Source: Entomortierella parvispora E1425 (taxonomy: Eukaryota; Fungi; Mortierellomycota). From it: 64,000 nt of DNA. The DNA is taken from positions 434,001 to 498,000 of the forward strand of contig BQFW01000015.1 in NCBI GenBank assembly GCA_020891255.1. Reading direction: 5' to 3'. The notes below the pieces were generated by a model. The model did not search any database. It saw nothing but the letters and a program-made list of their open reading frames with translations, and was not told the origin of the DNA. The stretch's first letter is position 1. Each line of letters begins with the position of its first letter. Made by a program: the position numbers and the translations under genes. Below are positions 13,001 to 28,801 of this stretch, in pieces.

Positions 13001-14025
13001 ATGCTTGCGCCACATTTTCTGGTCCTGCTCCAACGTTGATGGGGTTTGTGGCTTGCTCTGGGTTCATGACCGATGTGAATATATCCTCCGTGTTCAACTC
13101 GTGCAGCGTAATAGCTTGGGGTCTGTTGTCAGAGAATTGTGGCGGTGAGGTATTTGAAACCATGGCGATCTTGACAGCCGTTCCTACAGCTCTTGCTGTG
13201 ATAGCATGCTCCTCGCTTTCAAGATCGAAACATTGTTGGTATCCCAGGACCGCATTGCCTCCCATGTCCAAGGTCTCCTTGCCCAACAGACGGCGCAGTT
13301 GTCCCGAGAGTCGGAAGAGCAATCTTTGACGGGCCTCATTCGAAGATCGTTGGGTTCTGAAACTGTCACTCCAATGGTACTCTGGATCATCCTCATTGAC
13401 AATCGCATCCACGAATCCATGCATGGCTACAATCTGATATCCTGCTGGCAACGATGTGGTGGAGAAGAACATGATGCCGGCAGAGGAATCCTTGAAAGGG
13501 TTCACATCTCCAAAGAACTGAAGTTTGACCTGAACATTGACTTCGCCTCGTACACCTCGGATCGTGTCGTAGATAGGAAACCACCCAGCAATCTGCCAAG
13601 GCGAGTTCACGGGGAGCAGTGGGTTGAGGTCGATAAAAACAGAGCCAACAGAGTCGTTCGCAGTAATGGCGTCGTAGTCCAGCACCTTGAGTTCTAGGGG
13701 CTCATTTTGCAGATCCGCGTCATCCGTGACCTCGAATCGAAAGTCCTGTAATGAAAGGAGTAGGTCATGAGTTAGTCCAACAAGCGAGGACAAATGCAAA
13801 GAGCCAAGCAAAGGTTCGCATGTTCATGTATGCAGTCCAGCATGAGCATGGTGCTAGACTTGCCTCGTTCCAAACAGGGTTCAATGTCTTGCGGCATACG
13901 GTCGTGCGCTGGGCCTCAAAGTCAGCAAAGCGCACCTCCACATAGGCATCGGTGAGGTCGGAGGCCTTGTCCATGACAGGCAGGTCCCTTGCACCGATGA
14001 CTCTAATCTTTAGGATACATGGCAT
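10038..14025 (-). CDS. C2CD5: C2 domain-containing protein 5-like (N-terminal C2 plus YbjQ-like repeats)
   Basis: MPCILKIRVIGARDLPVMDKASDLTDAYVEVRF..KTLNPVWNE|DFRFEV..LQNEPLELKVLDYD; RQRLLFRLSG; RETWWDELRDEIKSHA; FVEYDLHRQLMYKLKIHGLNAIFGLR. Confidence 0.88.
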
Positions 14026-14350
14026 GTCTGTGTATTGGCCAGTCTGTTTGCCTGGTGGAGCGAGTGGATGTGTGTGGGTAAGGGGACAAAGGCATTATGT
14101 GCATGCGTGCTCTCTTTTGGAAGGACTCGTCACACGTGATCGTTTGCTTTGTGCTTCGAAACCCCCATTTGAGCCAGGCTGGAATAGTCGCATCGACCAA
14201 CCTGCAGCGCATTTGAGGTTCAAGGATAACCAACGCTTCGACTGCTGCAACCAAGGGCAATACTAGATCCGCGAATAGACATCCCAGCGTATCGTCCGTT
14301 TAATATTACCATTTATTTTTCACAAATACAACTCTTTTTATTTTCTTAAT

Positions 14351-18557
<4,207 letters not shown>

Positions 18558-19462
18558 GATGCTTCGGGTTCGGATGAACAGGTGGCTAAACTATAGAACA
18601 GACGTCGTGTTTGCTCGACAAACAGACAGAACAAAAAAAAGTCGAGACTGCGACCAGGAACAAAGTACTGGTCAGAAAAAAATAAAAAATAGAGAGTCGA
18701 GCTCAGTCCTCCTGCTCTGGTCTATTCCTCCTTGAGCAAGACACGACATCCAACGGACAAAACAATTTGATCAACATGGGCCAATCGATGTTCAAAGGAG
18801 AGGAACAGGGAGAAGGAGAGAGAGAGTACTGTCGCTCAACAGGGGCATATCCACAGAGAGGGACTCGGTACGGGCGACAGAAGTGTTGTGAGCATACATT
18901 GGCTGACGGTATCAAGTGTGGGCTGGGTTGGAGAAAGCCGTGGGGTAGTGGTGAAGAGGAGGACAACAGCAGATGAAATCGAGACGTGCGGTGAAGTTGA
19001 AGGTAGCGGTGGTGTTGACCAGAATGGGACAATGTCTTTCTGATAGCGAGATATGCAGCAAGAGGCGAAAGGAGAACAAACGGAAGAAGGAAAAGTGGGC
19101 GAGTGCGACACAGACGAAGGAGGGAATTGTGAGCAGAGCTTCAGCGCAGAAAGGGACGAGACAGCGCAGGGCGAGTGGAGTGAAAGTCGAAGATTTCGGG
19201 GTGACGGGCGCACAGAACAGAGTTCATTACAGCCTGCCTTTGCTCTCTTCGCCTTTTCTGTCGAGTCTCGAGGGGTGGAGAGGGATTGAGCACAGTTCAA
19301 AGAGCGTGTGGTGCAAAGGTGCGCTCTTTTTTTTTCTTCTTTCGCTTTTTTCTACTCTGTCGAGTGGCAGACTGGCTGAATGAGGTTCATGAAGAGGACA
19401 GGGGAGGATGGAGCTCTTACAGGGGACAGGCGTGCTTGCAGGGATGAGGGGTTGTGTGGCAG

Positions 19463-19550
19463 AGTGAAGAGTGAAGAGAGAGAAGAAAGAGAGAAGAGAG
19501 AGAGAAGAGAGAGAGAAGAGAGTGAAGAGAGTGAAGAGAAGAGTGAAGAG
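19463..19550. repeat. GA-rich simple repeat (GAGAAGAGA / GTGAAGAGA units)
   Basis: Seen directly, between the divergent RSP5 and SDR genes. Confidence 0.8.
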
Positions 19551-19938
19551 AACAGGCAGCGGGGGAGCGACGAGACCACAGACGAGACAGGGACAGAGGG
19601 TGAAGAATGGAGAGATGCAACGAACAAAGGGATGCGTGTGTTTTTGCCAGCCATTTTGCATGGAGCAGCCCTCTCTCCTCGCTACGTGACCTGGCGGGAG
19701 AAGTGGCCCTTTTCAATGCTGAATAGTTTATGCAGTGAAATTAAACCTAAAAAAAGTAGTCCAGGTTTCGGGCCATAGTCTCATAGCAGACCATTTCATG
19801 CATTGTCCTTCTTTCCCATCTACTCTCCTTCCTTTCTACTCTCCTTCCTTTCTTTCCTCCATCCTACTGTAGCTTCATTCGATTGCATTCATTCCTTTCC
19901 CTCCCCACATACCAGCAATCCCTCATTCTCCCTCCACC

Positions 19939-21452
19939 ATGATGAGTCGGTACTCTCTCGACTTTGTGCTAGACATGCTCAATGCCTCAGTCTTTCACGT
20001 CTCATTCCCCTTCCTGCTGATCCCCTGTTTAAAGCTCTACCGGTTCTCAAACGAATCCATGGCCTTTATCCTCAGCGCAATCTATGCTGCCGTTCTCTAT
20101 TCTGTAAAGATTGCCTATTGGTTCCATGAGCGCAGCCAACGTAAAGGCGGCAAGGTGGATTGGGAAGACGAAGTTGTCCTGATCACTGGAGGTAAAATAA
20201 CCTGCCTGCCCTCTCAGGAGTGACCAGAAACGCGTTGTCAACCGGATCAACTTTCGCTCTTGCTAAATCTCGATACCACTGCCTTTTTTTTTTAGGTGCG
20301 AGCGGTATTGGCTACTTGTTGGCTGAAATGCTCGCGATCCGACAGATCACCGTCGTTGTCCTAGACATTCACCCTGTCAAGACCGCCTGTAAGAAGAGAA
20401 GCAAGAGTGCAATCTCCACACACATCTTTGTGGAGAAAAAAAAAGTGCCTGTTTTGAGTTGTTCGCCCTCTGTTTTCTACTGAACTGATCATGACTACTC
20501 CAACTTGACCATGGTTCATTCAGTGGATATTGATAGCTATGTGTGCGACGTTTCCGACCCAGAAGATATTGCACGGGTTGCCAAAGAGATTCGCGAGGAT
20601 GTGGGCGAGCCAACGATTCTGGTCAACAATGCAGGCCTTGTCGCGGGCAAATCGATCCTGGAGTTGTCAAATGCTGAAATCAAAAAGTAAGTAGGGGTTT
20701 CGCCCTTTGTTTCGTGTTCCTGTCCTTTTTCGAAATTTCATTTTGCTGTCGTACCTGACGGTCGGTACTGACGCACAAACAATTTAACTTTGTGGACAGA
20801 TCCATGGATGTCAACTTTTTGGGCCAGGCCTACATGATCAAGGAGTTCCTGCCCGATATGATCAAGAACGACCATGGACATATTGTAAGATGAATGCTGC
20901 TTTACTCATAGCCTTTGGTCAAACAGATTGCTCTACCATACTGAATTTTCAATTGAACAATAGATCACCATGTCTTCTGCTATGGGCGTCATGGCTGCAC
21001 CCAGGGTTAGCGACTATGCTGCCTCCAAAGCAGCAGTCAAGTCGTTCCACGAAACACTCGAATCGGAGCTCAAATACGTGCACAAGACTCCTGGAGTTAA
21101 GACCACATTGGTCTGCTGTGGCAAGGTCGAAACGGGCATGTTCAAGGGCGTCCAGGAGCGCATGCCCTTCTTTACCCCAACATTGGAGCCTATCCAGGTT
21201 GTTCGGGCAATCATAGAGTCCATGGAACAGAGGCGCGGTCGGAACCAGATCATGTTGCCATTCTATGCTCATTTTGTTCCACTGGTGTCTATCACACCAG
21301 TTTGGTTTCAGGATCTTGCACGTCGCGTAAGTGGCGCAGACAAGGCCATGGATACCTTTGTGGGCAAGAACGGGAGTAGCAGCAGCGAATCTTTGAGCAG
21401 TACGTCTGCCGTAGCAGTAGAGCAGATTACTAAAGTCAAGAAAGATATCTAG
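19939..21452 (+). CDS. Membrane-anchored short-chain dehydrogenase/reductase (SDR16C / retinol dehydrogenase / Tda5-like)
   Basis: VVLITGG|ASGIG (TGxxxGxG), LVNNAG, I|TMSSAMG and DYAASK (YxxxK), preceded by a hydrophobic N-terminus. Confidence 0.9.
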
Positions 21453-21533
21453 AAGCGATCAACGATCATTTGAAAATAAAATAATGCCATTTTTTTATAG
21501 TATGTATGCAGATGTGGTCTATGCGACCCTCAT

Positions 21534-22211
21534 TTAACGCCTCCTACTCTTGACAACAGTCTCAAAGCCATCCTCATCAATGATGGGTTCGGGCTTTTCT
21601 TTCCGTGGAGCGGGTGCGGAGGAAGATGATCCCTCGTCCATGTCCATGTCCATATCCTCATCGTCCTCCTCATCACTGCTGTCCTCATCATCTTCCTCGC
21701 CGTCGAGCTTCTCCTTCTTGGCCTTGGCACTCTTCATGGCGCCCGAGATCTTTTGCGAGTCTGTCTTGAGGGTCTGCACGAGATCATAGCGGCCTTGGGT
21801 GCACTCCAAAAAGAGTTGCTCCAAGACCTTGGAGATGTGCTGCTCCGATTTGTCCTCGAGCAAGATGGAGAATTCGTCGTTCATGATCTGAATCAGGATG
21901 TCCTCCAAGTCAAAAGTGTCGACGTTCTTGCCGTCTATGGTGAAAGTAAAAAAGAAAAACAAAACAAAAGGATTAGATATGATTAGAAAACATTCCCTCA
22001 GGAAAACAACCAAAAAGTCTCGGTCTGAAAGGTGGCGCTTACTCTCGCTAAAGTAGTCGACGATGGTATCAATGAACCAGTCTCTCTTGGCGGCCGAGTC
22101 ATGTCCGCCCCATTCGCCATCGACGGCGAGCTTGAGCGCGGTCCAGGAATGGAACAGGTAGTTGACGCCCTCACGGAAAGCGACCTGGTTTGGGTGTGGT
22201 GCGGCAGACAT
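21534..22211 (-). CDS. TSR2: Pre-rRNA-processing protein Tsr2 (one 108-nt intron, 21935-22042)
   Basis: FREGVNYLFHSWTALKLAVDGEWGGHDS..KRDWF (WGG domain), LEDILIQIMNDEF, an acidic stretch and the DEDGFETV-SRRR tail. Confidence 0.93.
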   Translation of the reverse strand: MSAAPHPNQVAFREGVNYLFHSWTALKLAVDGEWGGHDSAAKRDWFIDTIVDYFSESKRHLSDRDFLVVFLRECFLIISNPFVLFFFFTFTIDGKNVDTFDLEDILIQIMNDEFSILLEDKSEQHISKVLEQLFLECTQGRYDLVQTLKTDSQKISGAMKSAKAKKEKLDGEEDDEDSSDEEDDEDMDMDMDEGSSSSAPAPRKEKPEPIIDEDGFETVVKSRRR

Positions 22212-22348
22212 TTGTTATATGTGTTGTTTGTTCCTGTGCTGGCTGCGTTGATGTGATCCTGGAGCAATGATCTCTTTGAAGTGAAGTGAAGGAAGGAAGG
22301 AAGAGAATGAAGTCGCGCGATTCGAATCCAGCTTTTGCATCCATCCAC

Positions 22349-22379
<31 letters not shown>

Positions 22380-22531
22380 AAAAAAGGCCAGTCCCTCTCT
22401 CTCCCTCCGTTGGATGTGGCTGAGCCCCCTTTCTGACTGGCTCCCTCAATCTTCTCGTCTCTCCATCCCCACATCTCCCATCCCCAACTCTCTTTTCGTT
22501 CTTCCATTCATCCCTTCTTCCTCATCCAATC
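22212..22531. promoter_or_regulatory. Probable bidirectional promoter, TSR2 / TM orphan, with a central poly(dA) tract (22349-22377)
   Basis: 320-bp divergent gap. Poly(dA:dT) tracts are established nucleosome-excluding elements in fungi. Confidence 0.5.
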
Positions 22532-23386
22532 ATGGTCAACAAGCCCCCAAAGCCCGCAAAAGCCCCAAAGGCCAACAAGCGCGCTGCTGCCAAGGCCGCC
22601 AGCAACCCTTTCATGAGCAGCTTTTCAGAGGACTCGCTCTTTGGTCGTTCTCAAAAGTTTGTCAAGGAGACGGACGCCAAACCCTTCCGTGATTTCGGCT
22701 ACGTCGTCCTCGCCGTCCTGACCTTTTGCATCTGGAGACTTTCGGCCGCTGTTCAGAGTGGACATGGAGGTAAAGACTTTGTGGCATTCTAATTGCTCCG
22801 ATCCGATATATATGTTGTGTTTTGTCCGCAACCAGGTTTTTTTGTCGGGTGCTTCTTTTTGACAGGCAGATCACACGAGCAGATTCTATGGCCGATGGTA
22901 GCAAAGAACAAAAAAAATGCACTACAATTTATTAAATTTCTTTTCCTTTATCCTTCTTCTGATTAGGTGCCAATAGTATCTGGAGTTTCTTTGTCTTTGG
23001 CCTCATCGCCATCTTGAACATCTGGACTTACTTCTTGGTCCTCATCCGCGCCAAACGCGGTGGCGATATTGGTATTGTCACCATCCTGGATGAGGATGTG
23101 ATCCGGTTCATGTGGATGTCGGGACTCTTTGGTGCTTGGGCTGCCATCTTATGTAAGTCACGGTTTGTTTTTTTCCTTCTCTGTATTCCTCACGCAATTT
23201 AGTATATAAGATATATTATCACGTAAGAGGTCGTAACTAACCTCTGATATCACTTTACGCTCTTTCCCTCTCTCTTTCATAGGGTTCCGCTACAGACCAA
23301 CAGAGACAGCCTTTTTCAGAAAGGCTTTCACCTCGACCCTTTTCAATGTCTTCTGGGTCGCCATCTATGTCAAGTTCTACCTTTGA
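22532..23386 (+). CDS. Uncharacterised protein of about 175 aa with about four TM segments (three exons)
   Basis: Canonical GT-AG introns at 22771-22966 and 23153-23282 join a Lys/Ala-rich N-terminus to four hydrophobic segments ending VAIYVKFYL*. Confidence 0.7.
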
Positions 23387-23895
23387 ATGGATGTCTTTAT
23401 TATTTTTGAAGAAAACGCCATCTGGGTGTTTAGGATTTCCCGAGGATTTGATTGCAAAGTCTTGCGGTTTCTCGATTAGTCTAGTCTGACTAAAGCTTTT
23501 GTATCATACCATCATTACCATCCCCTTTATGACTTTTTTACAAGCATTCTTAAAATGGACAGTCCTTGCGCTTTCACGATCTGGAGAGTGGCATAGGAAG
23601 ACAAAATAGGGAGAGAAGGATTAGATCAGGGCTAGATCGCATTCACACTCACAAAAAGCAATTGAGGGGAGGGGAGCTCCCCGGCACATTCGACAACACC
23701 TCAGTTCACTGCACAAAGGAACCTTGACGACAAAAAGTATAGGAGGCGTTCACCCCATCCCCTTTCCAAGCTCAGGTTCAGGGTCGCCTTTCTCTGCACT
23801 ACGATAGTGTGTTTCTTGACAGCCCCACTTCCAGAGGAACCCATTGTCGATATTTCAAACTAATATTCTATGATTTTTATTTCGCAACGGCATAA

Positions 23896-25228
23896 TTACT
23901 CCAATGAAACGGTGGCGCCCAAATCCTCAAGGGTCTTCTTCAACTTCTCGGCATCGGCCTTGTTCAAGCCCTCCTTGACGACCTTTGGTGCGCCCTCGAC
24001 GAACTTCTTGGCCTATGGATGGAAAAGAAAACGAAAACCATTGATCAACAACCATTTCATATACTGCATTTTTTACAAAGCAGGATAACTAGTAAAAGAA
24101 AAGACATATTTACCTCAACCAAGTTAATGCCGGGAATAATGTTCTTGATCTCACGGATCAACTTTGCCTTGGCAGCGGCATCGAACTTCTCGAGCTTGAC
24201 GTTGAACTCGGTCTTCTCAACAACCTTCTCCTCCTCCACGGGAGCAGCAGCAGCAGCCTGACCAGGGGCAGCAGCACCTCCAACGGGCATGGCAATCTCC
24301 TGAATGTTAAGACGGACCTAATGTACAAAAGAAAAAAGTCGTGAGTGAATAAACTACTTGGCCTCTTTTGATCCACTTGCAGACTCTCTTTCTGATAAGC
24401 GAGCTACAGATCAACACAACATGAAAGTGACAAATGCAGGAAGGGAGGAAAGAGATGCTCGACTTGTTTTCTTACCTTCAACAAGGAAACCAAGTCAGCG
24501 GTCTGGAGAAGGGTCAATCCCGAGATCTGATCGACAATGGAGACAATCTTGGGGTCAACATCCTTGCTTGATCCAGGAGCCTCAAGCTTGTCTGATGCTG
24601 TCGAGTAGTTGGCGACTCTGCTAACAGCCACGCGAGGGGCAATTCTAGAAAATCAGGAAGAAAGAAAAAGGAAAAAAGTTCAGATTTCGGTCCATTGATC
24701 CGATATGAAGTACATGCTCGTCTGATCCGCGACAGAAGGAGCAGGGCAATATGTCGCAATTCTGACAAGTGACAACAACACAAATAATCTTACCTGGAGA
24801 CAGTGCGGGGAGCAAGGCGGGCGGAAATGGTACGCAACTAAACAAAGAATGCAATTGTGGTAGGGACAAACGGACGAACAACGGTCAGAGACAAAGAAGA
24901 ACTCAGAGGTTGGAGGTAGGGCGGGAGGGAAGGCTCAGCGCTTGAACAACTGGCTCCGGGTGCAGAAGCGAGGAAGGAGCTCTTCAACGTCAAGTAGTGA
25001 ACGATTCCGAGGCGATTGAAACGCTGACTCCCACACGGCAACCAGCGCACGATGAAAGGAAAGCATCCTGAAGGTCGCTGAGTGAATGGTTGGTGCAACT
25101 GTGGAGCTGATCAGGTCGCCTGGCGACAGAAACCCTTGTCTTTCCTGTTCTGGAGTCAGGTGCGCTGCATCCTATTGGAATCCTGAGCGCAGAGAGGGCG
25201 AGCGGTGCCTTGTCGAGGCCATTACCAT
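23896..25228 (-). CDS. MRPL12: Mitochondrial ribosomal protein bL12m (L7/L12)
   Basis: M|[15 protein letters not shown] presequence; [21 protein letters not shown]; [28 protein letters not shown]|[14 protein letters not shown]. The first exon is inferred as ATG only (CCACC-ATG|GTAATG). Confidence 0.93.
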
Positions 25229-25513
25229 GGTGGGATGTGTCTGTTAGGAGAGAGGTGGATGAATGAATGCAATGCAGCCCGCGGTCTCTTTTGTCCCCTG
25301 GTCTGAGGAGCATGCCTGGCTGGCCCCGGAGTAAACAAATAAAAATCGCAAATGCTGCGTTGATTCTAGAGATCACGTGCTGCTTTTAGCCATGGGTTCG
25401 AGATTATCGACTTCGTACTTTCGTACACTCAGAAAGACGATCCATCCTTCCCCATCTCACCGACCCTTGCTCAAGCACTTGGAACCCCTCACAGGACAGA
25501 CAGATAGACAAAC

Positions 25514-25857
25514 ATGGAAAAGCTTCAGGAAATCATCTACGGCGTGCCCAAGAACCCTCCCAAGAGATCCCCAGACTCAGTACAGCCCCATCGTTGTGCC
25601 AAGCATGTCGAGGATCTCATGGTTGCCATCACCAACTTTGATGTCCAGGATCAGTTCAGCATCACCTGGAAGTGCATGCGCTCAGAGAAAGGGTAAGAGC
25701 CAACAAAAACATGACAGAAGTTGTTCTTCGGATAGTCCAGAATCCAAGTGTGAAGAGATCACTATCAAAGATTGGTTTACTGACCTCTTTTTTGTTGGAT
25801 TAGTGATGAGCCTCCTAGACACTCTCCTCCTGAAGTCCAGCCCGATCACGAAGTCTA
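25514..25857 (+). CDS. Small orphan protein of about 77 aa (two exons), divergent from MRPL12
   Basis: AAAC-ATG start and donor GG|GTAAGA at about 25692. The acceptor TTAG|T near 25803 gives ...WKCMRSEKG|DEPPRHSPPEVQPDHEV*. No known motif. Confidence 0.45.
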
Positions 25858-27811
25858 GAGGAGTGAAGGCACTGAAACTATGGACTGGATCAAGGACCGA
25901 CAGATATTTCTTTGCCGACACCTGGCAGGATACCACACATTTTTGAACGTTCCCCTGTCATCTAAGGCGTACTTAACCGACAACGCATCAGAATCACCAG
26001 GATACATTCGATATTCGTTTTTTGGGAGAAGGAGTTCTTTTTTTTTTTACTCTTTCGCTCCGTCAAGAATATATACCCCTTCTGTGAATCGATCCAGCCA
26101 GAGCGACAATCCTGACTTCAGAGAGTCAGGGAAACTGCCGGCCTCAAACGAAAGTAATAAACTTGTCGTTTATCGTTTGAAGGGAAATTATGACCAGAGT
26201 AGGAATACCAACTGTTGCCTCCCAGGGCGCATTGTGGCTACTAGCAGCAAGGCTGCGTGAGTGGGAAGGAAGCCAAGAAGCTTGTTGGAGCACACGGAAG
26301 ATTGCAGGGCCATGGAAACACCCAAATATTGTTTATGAGAGGGAATCGAGGGTATTGCCGATGTGATGCTAGGTGGGCAACAATTGCGTGGCATCAAAAA
26401 AAAGCATGAGTGCCTTGGCCTCGACCTCATTTGCGCATCAGCCAGGTGGCAACCAAAAACACTGGCTGACAAAAAAGAGCACCGTGCACCGTCACATTTT
26501 TTTCGACCTCCTTGCTGTTGCTGATCTCACCTTTGATGTCTTGCTCATCATTGGAAGCAACAGGACTAGGTCTGGAGGGCGAACGCCGTCATAGACCAAC
26601 GTCCGCTCTTCTTTTTTACACATCACGCTACAAAGCGAGCAAGGATCCTGGACACTGAACAGGAATGTCGGGACAGTCAGCTGGCTGTCCAGAGAAAGCT
26701 AAAGGCGTAACCTAAAGCAACTGCAACACAAATGCTATAATACAGTTATCGGGAAGAGTTTTTGGGAAACCGCGGTCGATAATGGCCCAAAGGTAAAGGA
26801 CTTGTCCGCCCAGGAAACCCCTGCCAACATTGCCCAGAGTCCAGGCCAGAACGATATCTTTCCAAATGTAATCTGACTGTCCTTCCTTTGGGTGTTGCAG
26901 AAACGATCGAGTCAATGGACAAAATTTTACCCAGGCGCTACTGAACAGGGGGGAAGGGCAGAGGCAAAGCACAACGGGAACAGAGAAAAAGGAACGCGAA
27001 CACAACTCTGTCTCGTCATTACTTTCTGTTGACTGATACAAAGACACGTTTTTGATGGTCCCAATCTCCTCCTTGAATAGCATCTATCAAACACGGGTAC
27101 CTTATTTGTTTTCTAGAGAGAAGGACCCAGACCTCCTCGTTTGTGTTTTCTCGACCCCTGTGCCTGTGCCTGGCTCTCAAAGGGCGAAGCGTGGGTCCCC
27201 CTATGGCTATGGAGCGAATGATTGAGCCTGAGGGAAGACCAGAAGAAGGGATGGGAAGAGGGGGGTTCGTCTCCCTAACATGAAGGACTTTTGTGTCAAC
27301 AAAGACAAATTACATAAAAAGTCTAGGGACGAAAGGGGAAACCAGAGATACGTGTGAGCATTCCGCCGCTCTTATTTTTGGGAGGCAAGAGATCGAGGTG
27401 GACACGGTCCACTGGCAAAAAAACATTCTTGGCAACTTGTCCACTCACCCACGCTTGCACGTTTGCATGTTCACACTCACGCCGCGCAGATGGCGGCGAA
27501 TGCTGCTACGGTCCGTTCTTCTCTCTGCGTAAGACTCAAGACAGACAAAAAAAAGTATTTTCCCGAGAGGCCATTTTTTTATTTTTTTTAAAAATTGAAA
27601 GAGCTGTTTTACATGAAGGTAATAGTAGTGTTACAGATACAAGGTGAAGGATATGGTGTTGTGTATAGGAATGTATGTAAGAAAAGCTTCGTAAAATGAA
27701 GGGGTACCATTTGGGATGTGTTTAGAAAACACGGTACTAGGCCGGAACATATTGTACAAAATAATAGAAAGGTACCGGAGAGGCGAGACGAAGGGGAAGG
27801 GGAGGCCGGTT

Positions 27812-28801
27812 TCAAGGTCTCTTGGAGAACGCAGGTTGGCTGGTGTAGAACTTGTGGGTGTAGCCAGAGAACTTGCGACCTTTGCCCACAATCTCCACCT
27901 TGATACGGTACATCTGGATAGGAGTATCCTCAGGCAAGAACACATACATGAATCCTGCCTTGGCATCCACATTCGTGGCCAGGACGCGCACCACTTCGTC
28001 TGACTTGTTGGAGACCAACAGCAGTTGGACGCGTGCATGTCGGGCCTTCTCCAGAGCCTTGGGAATGGTCCAACCGACCGTGTAAGGAGCACGCAAGACC
28101 AAGTTGCCCTTGGTAGGCTGGTGGGTCAAGTGGAGCTCCTCCTTGTCCTCAACCGCAGCGCGAACCTTGCGTCTGAATGCAAACTCGGACATCTCGGAGG
28201 TCTTGTGAGTAGGGGTGGTAAGGACAACATTATCGGAAGGAGGCGTGGACACCTCATGATCTTGCTCAATGAGGTCGAGCGTTGCAGTGGATGGCTCTTG
28301 CACCATTGGATCAACGGTTTCTTGCTGTTCGGGATCAATGGCCTCATCCTCCACCACGATCAAGCTCTGGATCATAGCACGGCCAAGAACAGTAGAAGAG
28401 CGGCCCTTGAAAACAGTAAGCAGCAAAGAGTAGGTACCAGGCAAGATCTCTGGCCTCAAGTTGACCAAAGTGGATCCCACTTGCGTGGGCACGTAACGGC
28501 GGAGGAGGATTGATTGTTTCTTTTCGTGGTGGAGAAGCGCAATGTCCATGGTCGAACCCACGGGCATCGCGCTGGTATCCCAAGAAACGGTCGGGAGTGA
28601 ATCCACGAGCCAAAGCGTATCCATTTCTGGGTTGCTCACGTCAAATCGGAAAATTGTATCTGCAGGAGGACTCGCCGGAGTATTGTCATGTTCAGAGTGT
28701 TGACGCGGTGGTTGAGGCGTAGGGAGGGCATGAACAGTGGCGACGAGGGCGATGAAAAGGATCAGGGCCAAGGAAAGTAGCGATCGCCTTGTTGTTGTCA
28801 T
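27812..28801 (-). CDS. Secreted protein with two predicted beta-sandwich (Kre9/Knh1 N-terminal-like Ig) domains
   Basis: Single 329-aa ORF with a signal peptide (RRSLLSLALILFIALVATVHA|LP). Two similar blocks (TVSWDT..MDIALL..PGTYSLLL; TVGWTI..VQLLLV..PIQMYRIKV) are linked by an acidic Ser/Thr/Pro spacer. The domain label is inference. Confidence 0.75.
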   Translation of the reverse strand: MTTTRRSLLSLALILFIALVATVHALPTPQPPRQHSEHDNTPASPPADTIFRFDVSNPEMDTLWLVDSLPTVSWDTSAMPVGSTMDIALLHHEKKQSILLRRYVPTQVGSTLVNLRPEILPGTYSLLLTVFKGRSSTVLGRAMIQSLIVVEDEAIDPEQQETVDPMVQEPSTATLDLIEQDHEVSTPPSDNVVLTTPTHKTSEMSEFAFRRKVRAAVEDKEELHLTHQPTKGNLVLRAPYTVGWTIPKALEKARHARVQLLLVSNKSDEVVRVLATNVDAKAGFMYVFLPEDTPIQMYRIKVEIVGKGRKFSGYTHKFYTSQPAFSKRP

